The position numbers and the translations under genes were made by a program. From IMG/VR virus record IMGVR_UViG_3300033405_000040, positions 1 through 39,178 of that record: a stretch of 39,178 nt of DNA; one strand, written 5' to 3'. Within the stretch, counting starts at the first letter, position 1. Every line of letters starts with the position of its first letter. The notes below the pieces were generated by a model. That model searched no databases, had not been told where the DNA came from, and worked only from the letters and a program-made list of their open reading frames with translations. The DNA is from a virus. Its lineage: Duplodnaviria > Caudoviricetes. Shown in pieces: positions 19,901 to 30,000 of this stretch.

Positions 19901-20331
19901 GATGCAAGTCTTTCCCGATAATGGCGACAAGTTACGTTCCCGAGATCGTCATGAGCGTATTCGTATGGAAAGAATACGAGTGTCGGAAAATTATTACGAA
20001 TCTTGTCTTGTTCGATAATGATCGAACTCAAATGTTCCGCCCCTACGACTTCATCATCACCATCGATCCACATGGTCCATGGCTGAGTAGCCATTTCATA
20101 ACTACGCTGACGAGCCATTGAAAAATTCTCGATCAAACCATCTACATCATTGCAGGCGGTAAAGACCTCGAATTTATCAGCATATTTCCGGGCAATATCC
20201 GGAGTGGAATCCGTAGAGCCCGTATCTACAATATTGATTTCCGCGACATGCGGACGAATGGATCGAAGACAAGCTTCTAGCTGTGCCTCCTCGTTTTTGA
20301 CGATGAGGCACAGCGAGACAGGCGCGGTCAT
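16912..20331 (-). CDS. Fusion: GT2 glycosyltransferase + TPR + SAM methyltransferase + GT4 glycosyltransferase
   Basis: SLCLIVKNEE...VDTGSTD...WIDGDD (SunS-like GT2); TPR helices (YYLGLEY, AEAYFSLG); LLDIGS...EVYEHVEDP...KPGG (class I MTase); GGSE...YSSSPDRG...ETSCISAMEA (GT4). Confidence 0.9.
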   Translation of the reverse strand: MTAPVSLCLIVKNEEAQLEACLRSIRPHVAEINIVDTGSTDSTPDIARKYADKFEVFTACNDVDGLIENFSMARQRSYEMATQPWTMWIDGDDEVVGAEHLSSIIIEQDKIRNNFPTLVFFPYEYAHDDLGNVTCRHYRERLASGPKSAFRWLGPVHEILNPEQPVMKPEYEKVRIVHRRNFTKKKIESGRNLRILKKWYAQKGEEDVRMLYYLGLEYGNAGDIDNAIKFHKRYVELSGWDDERFLACLKIADHYSSTGDYDHAVEWATKALTVREGWAEAYFSLGRSFYFLAQRKGPHERRNWERSIHFFRAGLALPPTKTMLFINPLEREFEIHKFLNLALNHVGDVVGALESANKALSVRPDDAGCQQNRQLYVKHLARKKVEEGFLELIDIGAVTPETQKVVLDAIAGKLPSNSLPAPSVSASPLPDHMLASNPTMTLSPSGFIIPKDIPKVFDPIELPGWTTLGMIKLLWVQLLRHDEVLAARSLLKSAPWSIRNHPDLKEMRRKIDVMLNHIDHPEAYRSIYQNYGAECEAIPIPEEIRPPHGQYARYRYLFNVLNEYRTGTLLDIGSLDGWITNRAGLMGIKAWGVDMSTRMVEIANAKAREFNTGAQHIAALLGEDPLPANFPTQFDVVSLLEVYEHVEDPVALIKRAAAYVKPGGTLVLSTPRGSWCQGASVVFHPKWDVESPREHVRAPILSEVLDDLRSAGLVDVEGIEVLIDQSEQPVPIPTQASICARGRRSENKISDRPTLKLVPKPVIEPVSSPVDIIFYVGHGVEPWNPDTATKNGIGGSETAVIEMARNLARMGHHIRVYGDCRQGLEGNFDGVQYLDSSKYCNITCDVLITSRRPEAVDVSHNVSRKVTFCWIHDIHCGGSLTHERALKIDRVLVLSDWHLQNVLGFYPYLHPSQMIKTRNGIDLKRFDKHITRNPYRAVYSSSPDRGMEVACRIWPRVREKIPGAELHIFYGFQTWEACADEGQKILISSLKKLLHDYESAGVTFHGRVPQGQLAEEYLKSGVWAYPTWFAETSCISAMEAHAAGLRMVTSPIAALNETVGSRGVMIPGDWLSLNYQNQFIDAVVAAMREQNESDRLKLQDYARDHFSWETLAREWDKMIRDVIQDVSLKVVPQYKGFMS

Positions 20332-20336
20332 GCGCC

Positions 20337-20346
20337 ACTTTACCGA
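20337..20346 (-). promoter_or_regulatory. -10 element TCGG-TAAAGT, leaderless promoter of the glycosylation operon
   Basis: Ends 5 nt before ATG 20331; the same 10-mer occurs at 2675-2684. Confidence 0.65.
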
Positions 20347-20361
20347 GGTTAACCTCGGTAA
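20340..20361. repeat. 22-bp perfect palindrome TTACCGAGGTTAACCTCGGTAA
   Basis: Equals its own reverse complement; fills most of the 34-bp intergenic gap and overlaps the -10 element. Confidence 0.9.
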
Positions 20362-20365
20362 GAAA

Positions 20366-21316
20366 TCAGGTCATTGCGTCGTAGGAGGAATTCGGGGAAG
20401 CCAGGTTGTACTCTTCGATGGCTTGACCACGGAAGGAACAATTCGTGTTCGGACTAGCCGTGAAAGTGCTGGAGATCGTCGTATGATTGGACTCCATTGC
20501 GGCGATGGCTCCAGAAAGTCCCGTCCAATACGTCGTCCCAGACGCTCCATTACTATCCGTGAGTGAAGCGCAGAAAAGACCGCAGTCCAAACCAAGTCCA
20601 GTTTGGCTCGCATAGTTAAACCAAGGTTGGAACATCGAGACCTGATTATTCCCGCTTCCACTGACAACGTTTGAATAGCATTGAACGACACAGAAGTCGG
20701 CCACGCTCATGAGATTGAGTCCCTCGAGCTGGGTAGGGCCACCATCATAGGAGAAAGAGAGAGCCGCAGATCCGGAATTGGCGAGCCACCAAGTCGGACA
20801 GAATCCAACAGGGATGTGCAAGATACGCTTCATAGCGACCATAAGATCGCACATACCGATGGGCTCAGTAACCGTGTACCCAGGAACAGTCCAGTATTCA
20901 GCGTCAAGACAAACGCCATCAAATTGTGCATTTGGATACGTCGAGTTATTTACGCAATACGCTTGATACTGGGCAATATTCTTGACGATATTACCCATAA
21001 CCCACTGCTGGTTATGGCCCCAATCTGTATTACCACAGAGAGCCATCACACGAATGCCACTTGCGTGGGCGTAGTGAATGAACTTTTGAAAAGTTTGTGC
21101 ATTGGTAGTAGACCAGTTTCCACCACCAAGATATCCCCACATATCGAGGAAGAGAAGATTCACACCTTTCGACGAACACCAGTTGAGTAGATTCTGCATC
21201 TTTGTATCAGATGCCAATGAATCTTGGGTGGATCCCGCAGTCCCGATCCATACGAACATGGCCCGGTCGAGGTTGCTATTCGGAGGTGTCGGAATGGTGA
21301 CAGCGCTTACAGTCAT
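20366..21316 (-). CDS. GH18-like TIM-barrel glycoside hydrolase-like protein
   Basis: AHASGIRVMALCG and FDGVCLDAEY resemble the GH18 FDGxDxDxEY motif. Start moved to ATG 21316 (AAGGAG RBS, removes overlap with the upstream gene). Confidence 0.55.
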   Translation of the reverse strand: MTVSAVTIPTPPNSNLDRAMFVWIGTAGSTQDSLASDTKMQNLLNWCSSKGVNLLFLDMWGYLGGGNWSTTNAQTFQKFIHYAHASGIRVMALCGNTDWGHNQQWVMGNIVKNIAQYQAYCVNNSTYPNAQFDGVCLDAEYWTVPGYTVTEPIGMCDLMVAMKRILHIPVGFCPTWWLANSGSAALSFSYDGGPTQLEGLNLMSVADFCVVQCYSNVVSGSGNNQVSMFQPWFNYASQTGLGLDCGLFCASLTDSNGASGTTYWTGLSGAIAAMESNHTTISSTFTASPNTNCSFRGQAIEEYNLASPNSSYDAMT

Positions 21317-21353
21317 TGAATGCTCCTTTAGTAAATTCCAATATAGAGGTAAA

Positions 21354-22385
21354 TTAAAATTGCATGTATTCAAATCCAGCAACAGCAGTTGAAGTTGTTG
21401 CCACAACTGGTCTTTCTACCAGAAAGATGAAATCTGGGCCAGGAACTCCAAGTGGAATTTCAAATTCATGATCCCAAGTGCCGGCTGCTACGTGCATAAT
21501 AGTAACACCAATTTGCTGCTGAGGGACGTTTGTAGATAACGGATTACCCGTGTGATTTATGTTCGTTTGACCAGCAGCGACAGTTGCACCAGCAGTAATG
21601 CTCAGAATGTAGCAAGTAACGCCGGATGGAACATAATGGTGAGCCCAAAAAGTTTGATTATCACTTGGAGCGATGCTCCCCCAAACAGAGCCTCCGCCTG
21701 CTGTAGCTGTGAAAATTTGAATAGTTCCAACATTGCCACCACCAGAACCTACTGTAGCTACTGCCATGCTTTCAATGAAAGCAATATTTGTCCCAACTGT
21801 GTTAACTGCTGTAGTCCCATTTAAGGTCACAGTCTCTGAGTGGGATGCAAAACTTGTATCAAGATAATTAATTGTAACAGTTTGCGCACCAGTACCTGCA
21901 GCTGTATCAGCTGCATTAGTAGAACTGATACTGCGTTGAGAATTTGTGCCTTGAGGAGTATAAGTTGTAGCTCGAATAGCTTTACCACCAGTAGAATTTG
22001 TCCCTGTGTAACCTTGAGCGCGTCCTGTTAATGCACCAGGTAAAAGACCGAGCATTGCAGCGTTTTGAAACGGTGTTTCAATAGGATTCCCAAACTGATC
22101 CGTTCTTTGAATTCGAGCATTGGCTGATGACTGATAAGTAGTCTGGAAAGTACTCAAATCGGAATTGTTTTGAGTTTGAGAGTATCCGCCCGCAATGACA
22201 CCATCAGGAACTGTTCCGTCCCACATAATGGCTGAGTAAACAATTGGCCCGTCAAAAGCGAAGACAGTTGTGATCGTGCTGTCATCTGTATATTGCATCA
22301 ATAACTTTTTCGACGTAACAACAGATAAGAAATTGGTCCAAGTCGATGAAATTACGGTAAAACCGCTGCCAAATGCTACGGACAT
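21354..22385 (-). CDS. Thr/Gly-rich beta-structured putative virion protein
   Basis: 343 aa; C-terminal ~200 aa paralogous to the C-terminus of 22392..24089. Confidence 0.7.
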   Translation of the reverse strand: MSVAFGSGFTVISSTWTNFLSVVTSKKLLMQYTDDSTITTVFAFDGPIVYSAIMWDGTVPDGVIAGGYSQTQNNSDLSTFQTTYQSSANARIQRTDQFGNPIETPFQNAAMLGLLPGALTGRAQGYTGTNSTGGKAIRATTYTPQGTNSQRSISSTNAADTAAGTGAQTVTINYLDTSFASHSETVTLNGTTAVNTVGTNIAFIESMAVATVGSGGGNVGTIQIFTATAGGGSVWGSIAPSDNQTFWAHHYVPSGVTCYILSITAGATVAAGQTNINHTGNPLSTNVPQQQIGVTIMHVAAGTWDHEFEIPLGVPGPDFIFLVERPVVATTSTAVAGFEYMQF

Positions 22386-22391
22386 ACTTCC

Positions 22392-24089
22392 TCAACTCTC
22401 TTGATAGAAATCAAAAGATAGCCAATAAGTGGATGTTGTAGCTTGATCAGGAGTCACATATCCATTAATTCTAGACGGACCGGTCACTTGAAGAGGCGTG
22501 CCATAAGTCCTCAAGAAAGAAGGTTGAGATGCATTACCGCCTCCACCATTTCGTACAAAATCTGAAATTTGGACTTCTACGGCTCCTGTAACTCCAATAG
22601 ATCTAGATGTACAGAAGAACGATGCACCAGCATTATCATTAGCTCCTGCCACCAACCCAGTAATATAACAAGTATCACCCGTTGGAACATAATGATGACA
22701 CCAAAAAGTTTGATTAGCACCAATCGCAATAGTTCCAATAGCAGTTCCTCCACCAGCTGTGGCCGTCCATAAAGTAATGGTTCCAGCGTTAGAAGCTCCA
22801 CTACCAACTTGAGAGACAGTGATACTCTCAATATAGCACATAGTAGTGCTAACTGTGTTTACAGCTGTAGTTCCATTAAGAGTAATAGTTTCACTATTTG
22901 GACCTGCACCCGTAGAATCAAACCACACAATCGTAACTTTTTGAGCCCCTGTACCAGCGCCTGTGTCAGCAGCACTAGTAGAACTAACGCTTCTTTGAGC
23001 TCCAGTAGTTTGCTCATTGTAAGCAGTGGAACCAACGAAATTTTTCGTATTAGTAGTTAGTGCAGCAAAACCATTAGCAAAACCGGCAAGAGCAGCCAAT
23101 GAAGAAGCAGGAGATGTAATAAGTCTCCCTTGAGAGTCAACCGCTACTGCAATGAGTGTAGTTCCATTATAAGAACCTCCAACCAAAGCAGTGGATGGAG
23201 GCATGGCACCGTTAGTCGGTCCGTCAAATAAGGTAGATGGATCGGTGCGTGTAGTAGCTCTAACGGTAATATTTGCTGTTCCGGACGTATAAGCAGAAAC
23301 GCGAACACGTGTGATATTTGAACCACCTACTCCAACGATAGTTGCACTAGTTGCGGCGTTGGCAGAACTAAATACGATAGAAGAAACTTTCCCAGTAGTT
23401 GGAGTATCGAAATAAGTCGAACTCCATGTGGTTCCACCATCGAAAGAAACTTCAGGGACAATCGTTCCAATGAGAGTTCCAGCCGCAAGTTGGAAACCGA
23501 CTGTCAAAAGACCGGGATGCGTAAGAGATACCGCAGCATTGAGAGCTCCTAAGGCTCCTGTCGCGGTAACATCTGCAACCCCAGGTGTAGGAGAACCAGG
23601 TGAAAGTGCCACCACAAGGGCTTGATCAGTAGACGCAGCTGGAGTGCTTGCAGCTTTAACAGCTGCTGGTCCATTCACTCCATCTGTCAAAAGAGTGGTG
23701 GCTACTTTAGCCGTCAAAGTTGCGTATACTTGAGTAAAAGTTGGAGTAGCCGAGCCACCAATAGTCCAACTTACTTTAATAGATCCACCATAACTCGAGA
23801 GAAGAGTAATCCGTTGAATACCAATAGCATTAATGACTGTGCTCGAAACTGAAGTCCCGATTACAGTCGCACCATCCCCCGGATCAACTTCTTGAATCGT
23901 ATATTGAAGAGTCGGAAGTGTGCCAGTCGGAGCAGCTTTAACATTGATGAAAAGACTGACCTCCGCAGCTCCGTAACCTGTAAAAACATTTGAGCCGCTC
24001 GCAGTAATAGTCGCGTTCGATTGAACCGACTGTTGATTCGGATCATGAAAGATCGGTCCAGGAGCGGCTAGAACAACGGCAGTCATCAA
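22392..24089 (-). CDS. Multidomain Thr/Gly/Ala-rich putative virion (fibre-associated) protein
   Basis: 565 aa, ATGA-coupled to the collagen gene; beta-rich domains ([20 protein letters not shown]) plus the shared C-terminal domain. Confidence 0.7.
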   Translation of the reverse strand: MMTAVVLAAPGPIFHDPNQQSVQSNATITASGSNVFTGYGAAEVSLFINVKAAPTGTLPTLQYTIQEVDPGDGATVIGTSVSSTVINAIGIQRITLLSSYGGSIKVSWTIGGSATPTFTQVYATLTAKVATTLLTDGVNGPAAVKAASTPAASTDQALVVALSPGSPTPGVADVTATGALGALNAAVSLTHPGLLTVGFQLAAGTLIGTIVPEVSFDGGTTWSSTYFDTPTTGKVSSIVFSSANAATSATIVGVGGSNITRVRVSAYTSGTANITVRATTRTDPSTLFDGPTNGAMPPSTALVGGSYNGTTLIAVAVDSQGRLITSPASSLAALAGFANGFAALTTNTKNFVGSTAYNEQTTGAQRSVSSTSAADTGAGTGAQKVTIVWFDSTGAGPNSETITLNGTTAVNTVSTTMCYIESITVSQVGSGASNAGTITLWTATAGGGTAIGTIAIGANQTFWCHHYVPTGDTCYITGLVAGANDNAGASFFCTSRSIGVTGAVEVQISDFVRNGGGGNASQPSFLRTYGTPLQVTGPSRINGYVTPDQATTSTYWLSFDFYQES

Positions 24090-27000
24090 ATATTCCTAGT
24101 TTCAGTGTAGGACGTGAGTGTATTACCAGTATATGTGTAAACGATAGTCACTTCTCCAATCACGATTGTTCCAGTAGAATCGTAAATCTTTCGGACTTCT
24201 TGCGTGAGCTTATTACCTGTGTATGTGTAGTCAATGGATTTAATCAGATTTCCAGTTGAAGCATTCGTCCAGGTTTCTCGAGTAAGTTTGTTGCCGGTAT
24301 AAGTTGCAGCATAGTTATTTGTAACCCAAACTGGGTCGTTACATGCAAGCAGAACGTCATTAAAATATGACGGACCAGTTGCACCTTGCGGACCAGTTGC
24401 TCCAGTAACCCCCGGAGATCCTTGTGTTCCTTGAGGTCCGGTCACTCCCGTTGAACCTCGAGGCCCGGTAGGTCCGGTGGCACCAGTAACACCAGGCGAG
24501 CCTTGTGTACCTTGAGGTCCGGTCGCGCCAGTAGCTCCAGGAGATCCTTGTGTGCCTTGAGGACCACCAAAAGGACCTGTAGCACCGCGGGCACCAGTTA
24601 CTCCGGTAGCACCTTGAGGACCGGTGACTCCAGTAACTCCAGGAGATCCTTGTGTTCCTTGGGGTCCAGTCGCTCCAGTGACTCCACGAGCACCAGTGGG
24701 TCCAGTCGCTCCAGTGACACCTGGTGATCCTTGTGGACCCATGGCACCTTGTGGCCCAGTAGGTCCGGTTGCACCAGTTACTCCCGGGGAACCCTGTGTA
24801 CCTTGCGGTCCAGTTGGTCCAGTAACACCAGGTGATCCTTGTGTGCCCTGTGTGCCTTGCGGGCCCGTAGGACCAGTTGAACCAGTGATTCCTTGCGGTC
24901 CCGTCGATCCTTGCGGTCCCGTAGCCCCAGTTAGTCCTGTGACCCCTGGAGATCCCTGTGTTCCTTGCGGACCAGTCGCACCGGCTGGACCAATCGGACC
25001 CGTTGCACCTGTGACTCCTGGCGAACCCTGAGTGCCCTGTGGACCTGTGGGTCCAGTCGCACCTTGTGAACCAGTAACTCCGGTGATGCCTGGCGACCCT
25101 TGAGTGCCTTGAGGACCTGTGGCTCCTTGCGGTCCTGTTGGTCCGGTCGCACCAGTTACTCCTGGAGATCCTTGTGGACCGGTAACACCTGGTGATCCTT
25201 GTGTTCCCTGAGGACCAGTTGCTCCCGTGACTCCAGTAACTCCCGGAGAGCCCTGTGTTCCTTGAGGACCGGTAGCGCCTTGTGGCCCCGTGGGTCCAGT
25301 GGCGCCGGTAACACCAGGTGATCCTTGCGTGCCTTGAGTTCCCTGAGGACCCGTTGAACCCTTAGGACCAGTTGGACCTGTGGCTCCAGTAACTCCGGTG
25401 ACGCCCGGTGAACCTTGAGGTCCAGTTGGTCCAGTTGCACCTGTTACCCCGGGCGATCCTTGTGTGCCTTGAACTCCTGTAGCCCCTTGAGGACCGGTGG
25501 CACCTGTAACTCCAGGGCTACCTTGTGGTCCAGTTGGACCAGTTGGACCAGTCGCTCCAGTGACACCCGGGCTACCTTGTGGTCCGGTTGCACCAGTAAA
25601 TCCAGTTACTCCAGGTGAACCTTGCGTTCCTTGAGGACCAGTAGGCCCAGTTGCTCCAGTCAGACCGGTAACACCAGGCGAACCTTGTGGCCCTGTAAAC
25701 CCGGTCGCTCCTTGCGGGCCCGTAGGACCAGTTGCACCAGTTACTCCGGGTGATCCTTGTGTTCCTTGAGGACCAGTAGCACCTTGCGGCCCAGTTGGAC
25801 CTGTGACACCCGTGACACCCGTGACGCCAGGAGATCCTTGAGTGCCTTGTGGCCCTGTAGATCCAGTGACTCCAGTAACTCCTGGAGAGCCTTGCGTCCC
25901 TTGAGGTCCTGTTGCTCCCTGAGGACCAGTTGGTCCAGTCGCACCAGTAACACCGGGCGATCCTTGCGGTCCAGTCGGGCCAGTCGCACCCGTGACACCA
26001 GTTATTCCAGGCGATCCTTGTGCGCCTTGAGGTCCTGTAGCGCCTTGCGGACCCGTTGGACCGGTCGCGCCTGTCAGACCAGTAACACCTGGCGATCCTT
26101 GTGTTCCTTGTGGACCAGTTGCACCTTGCGGTCCGGTGGGCCCGGTTGCACCCTGCGGACCTGTAGGCCCGGTCGCACCAGTAACACCCGGTGATCCCTG
26201 GGTTCCCTGAGGACCTGTCGCGCCAGTAACTCCGGTGATTCCAGGGGAACCTTGAGTGCCCTGCGGTCCTGTTGCTCCCTGTGGTCCGGTCGCTCCCGTG
26301 ACTCCAGTAACACCTGGAGAACCTTGGGTGCCTTGTGGTCCTGTTGCTCCAACTGGTCCAGTCGGTCCGGTGGGTCCAGTGATACCTGGACTGCCTTGCG
26401 TACCTTGCGGACCAGTTACACCAGTAACTCCGGGCGATCCTTGAGTGCCCTGCGGTCCTGTTGCTCCCTGAGGACCAGTAGGTCCGGTGGCTCCGGTGGC
26501 TCCAGGGGATCCTTGTGGCCCTGTCGCTCCGGTGACACCAGTGACCCCGGGCGATCCTTGTGAACCTTGAGGACCAGTTGCTCCCTGTGGTCCTGTAGGT
26601 CCAGTAGCACCGGTTGCACCCTGGGGGCCCGTCGCGCCTGTAACTCCGGGAGATCCCTGTGTGCCTTGTGGTCCTGTAGATCCAGTTAGTCCTGTGACTC
26701 CTGGGGAACCCTGTGTTCCTTGTGGTCCAGTTGCTCCTTGAGGACCAGTTGGGCCTGTGGCTCCAGTTGCGCCTTGTGGGCCGGTAGAACCCGTGACACC
26801 AGGAGATCCTTGTGTTCCTTGGGGGCCAGTCGCACCAGTGACTCCGGTGACACCAGGACTACCCTGCGTTCCTTGAGGACCTGTAGCACCAGTTGTCCCT
26901 TGCGGTCCCGTAGGTCCGGTGGCTCCGGTAACACCTGGAGAACCTTGGGTGCCTTGCGGACCAGTTGGACCTTGCGGACCAGTCGGTCCAGTCGCTCCAG

Positions 27001-30000
27001 TTAGGCCAGTAACACCAGGCGAGCCTTGTGTGCCTTGAGGTCCGGTGGGCCCGGTTGCACCTGTGGCTCCAGGAGAGCCCTGAGGACCTGTAGGACCAGT
27101 CGCACCCGTGACACCGGGCGATCCTTGCGGTCCAGTCGCACCTGTCAGACCGGTGACACCTGGCGATCCCTGCGTGCCTTGAGGACCGGTTGCACCTGTA
27201 ATCCCTTGCGGACCAGTTGCACCTGTAATCCCTTGCGGACCAGTTGCACCTGTAATCCCTTGCGGACCAGTCGGTCCAGTGGCCCCGGTGACACCGGGTG
27301 AGCCCTGGGTTCCCTGCGGTCCTGTAAATCCGGTCGCACCTTGTGGTCCGGTCGCACCAGTAACTCCAGGAGAACCTTGGGTACCCTGTGGACCTGTTAC
27401 TCCGGTGACTCCTGGAGATCCTTGCGGTCCCGTCGAACCTTGCGGACCCGTTGGGCCGGTCGCGCCTGTAACTCCGGGACTTCCTTGTGGTCCAGTTGCA
27501 CCTTGAGGACCAGTGGGCCCGGTTGCACCCGTGAGACCGGTGACACCAGGAGACCCTTGCGTTCCTTGAGGACCAGTGGAACCTGTGACGCCTTGTGGTC
27601 CAGTCGCTCCTGTTACTCCAGGTGATCCTTGAGGACCGGTCGCACCCGTGACACCCGGAGATCCTTGCGTGCCCTGGGGACCGGTTGGACCTGTTGCGCC
27701 TGTGACTCCGGGAGATCCCTGCGTTCCTTGAGGACCTGTTGGTCCTGTTGCGCCTGTAACTCCGGTGATTCCGGGGGAACCCTGCGTTCCTTGGGGACCT
27801 GTGGCTCCTTGCGGACCAGTGGGGCCCGTAGCTCCAGTAGTTCCAGTAACCCCCGGAGATCCCTGTGTTCCTTGCGGTCCTGTCGATCCTTGAGGACCGG
27901 TAGGTCCGGTGGCACCTGTGGCGCCTTGTGATCCAGTTGCACCAGTAACTCCTGGTGATCCTTGAGGGCCAGTTGGTCCAGTAACACCAGTAACACCCGG
28001 TGATCCTTGTGTACCTTGAGGACCAGTCGCGCCCGTTACTCCAGGTGATCCCTGAGGACCGGTGGCTCCTGTTACTCCCGTGATGCCTGGTGATCCTTGA
28101 GTGCCTTGCGGTCCAGTTGCACCTTGTGGCCCAGTAGGACCAGTTGCACCGGTAACTCCGTCAGCTCCAGTTGCTCCAGTAACGCCTGGCGATCCCTGGG
28201 TGCCTTGCGGTCCAGTGAAACCTGTTACTCCAGGAGATCCTTGCGTGCCTTGTGGTCCTGTCGGGCCGGTTGCGCCCGTGACACCTGGGGATCCTTGTGG
28301 ACCAGTTGCACCTGTGACGCCATCTACACCAGTAGCTCCTTGCGGGCCTGTGGCACCAGTAACACCCGGGCTACCTTGTGGACCCGTGGCGCCGGTCAAT
28401 CCAGTAACACCAGGCGAGCCTTGTGTGCCCTGAGGTCCGGTTGCACCTTGAGGACCAGTGGGTCCGGTTGCACCAGTAACTCCATCAGCTCCTGTCGCGC
28501 CTGTTACTCCGGGAGATCCTTGTGGACCAGTCGGGCCAGTGGCACCAGTTACTCCAGGAGATCCCTGTGTTCCTTGAGGACCTGTGGCTCCTTGAGGACC
28601 AGTTGGACCTGTCGCTCCGGTGACACCATCCGCACCTGTAGCGCCTTGAGCTCCAGTCGCTCCTGTAATCCCAGGCGAACCTTGTGTTCCTTGTGTTCCT
28701 TGTGGACCGGTAGGCCCGGTTGCACCAGTGGTACCCGGACTGCCCTGAGGGCCAGTTGCTCCATCAGGACCAGTCGCACCAGTGACACCAGGCGATCCTT
28801 GAGGACCAGTAGGCCCCGTCGCGCCTGTTATTCCAGGTGATCCCTGAGTGCCTTGAGGACCAGTCGGACCAGTAGCTCCTGTAACTCCGTCTGCACCAGT
28901 TGCACCCTGAGGTCCCGTCGCACCTGTGACGCCCGGGGATCCTTGAGTACCCTGTGGACCGGTGGGCCCAGTAGCACCGGTCGCGCCATCGGCACCAGTT
29001 GCACCCTGTGGACCAGTGGCTCCTGTAACTCCATCAGATCCAGTGGCGCCTTGAGGTCCGGTCGCACCAGTTACACCAGGTGATCCCTGAGTACCTTGCG
29101 GTCCGGTCGGCCCTGTGGCACCTGTTACTCCATCAGCTCCAGTTGCGCCCTGAGGGCCAGTAGGACCAGTTGCTCCGGTAACGCCTTGCGGACCAGTCGC
29201 TCCAGTAACTCCATCCGCTCCAGTAACTCCAGTGACTCCTGGTGATCCCTGAGGACCCGTAGGGCCTGTTGCTCCAGTAACACCAGGTGATCCTTGAGTG
29301 CCCTGTGGACCTGTGGCACCAGTTACTCCGTCTGCACCAGTAGCACCCTGAGGACCAGTTGCTCCCGTAATGCCTGGTGATCCCTGAGGACCGGTAGGGC
29401 CTGTCGCGCCTGTTACTCCGTCTGCACCAGTTGCACCTGTTACCCCGGGAGAACCTTGCGTCCCCTGTGGACCAGTTGGACCTGTGGCACCAGTAATTCC
29501 GGGACTACCTTGTGGACCAGTTGCTCCGGTAACACCGTCAGAACCAGTTGCTCCTTGTGAACCCGTAGCTCCCTGTGGTCCTGTTGGACCCGTGGCCCCT
29601 GTGACACCATCCGCACCAGTTGCGCCTTGCGGACCAGTCGGTCCGGTTGCTCCAGTTACTCCATCAACTCCCGTTGCACCTTGAGGACCAGTCGCTCCAG
29701 TGACACCTGGTGACCCCTGTGGACCAGTAGATCCCTGCGGACCGGTAGGTCCGGTTGCTCCGGTTACTCCATCTGCACCAGTAGCTCCCTGAGGACCTGT
29801 AGGGCCAGTTGCACCAGTAGTTCCATCAGCTCCAGTCGCACCTTGTGGACCAGTCGCTCCAGTAATGCCAGGAGAGCCTTGTGTGCCTTGGGGACCAGTG
29901 GGGCCTGTCGCTCCTTGAGGTCCAGTGAATCCTGTGACACCAGGAGATCCCTGTGGACCCGTAGCCCCATCCGCACCAGTTGCTCCAGTTACTCCATCTG

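Noticed and set aside
21317-21406. Track start at 21406 for the GH18-like gene, and TTG 5253 for the actin-like gene
   Set aside because: Downstream ATGs (21316, 5223) have clear Shine-Dalgarno sites; the longer starts overlap the upstream gene or abut the -10 element.
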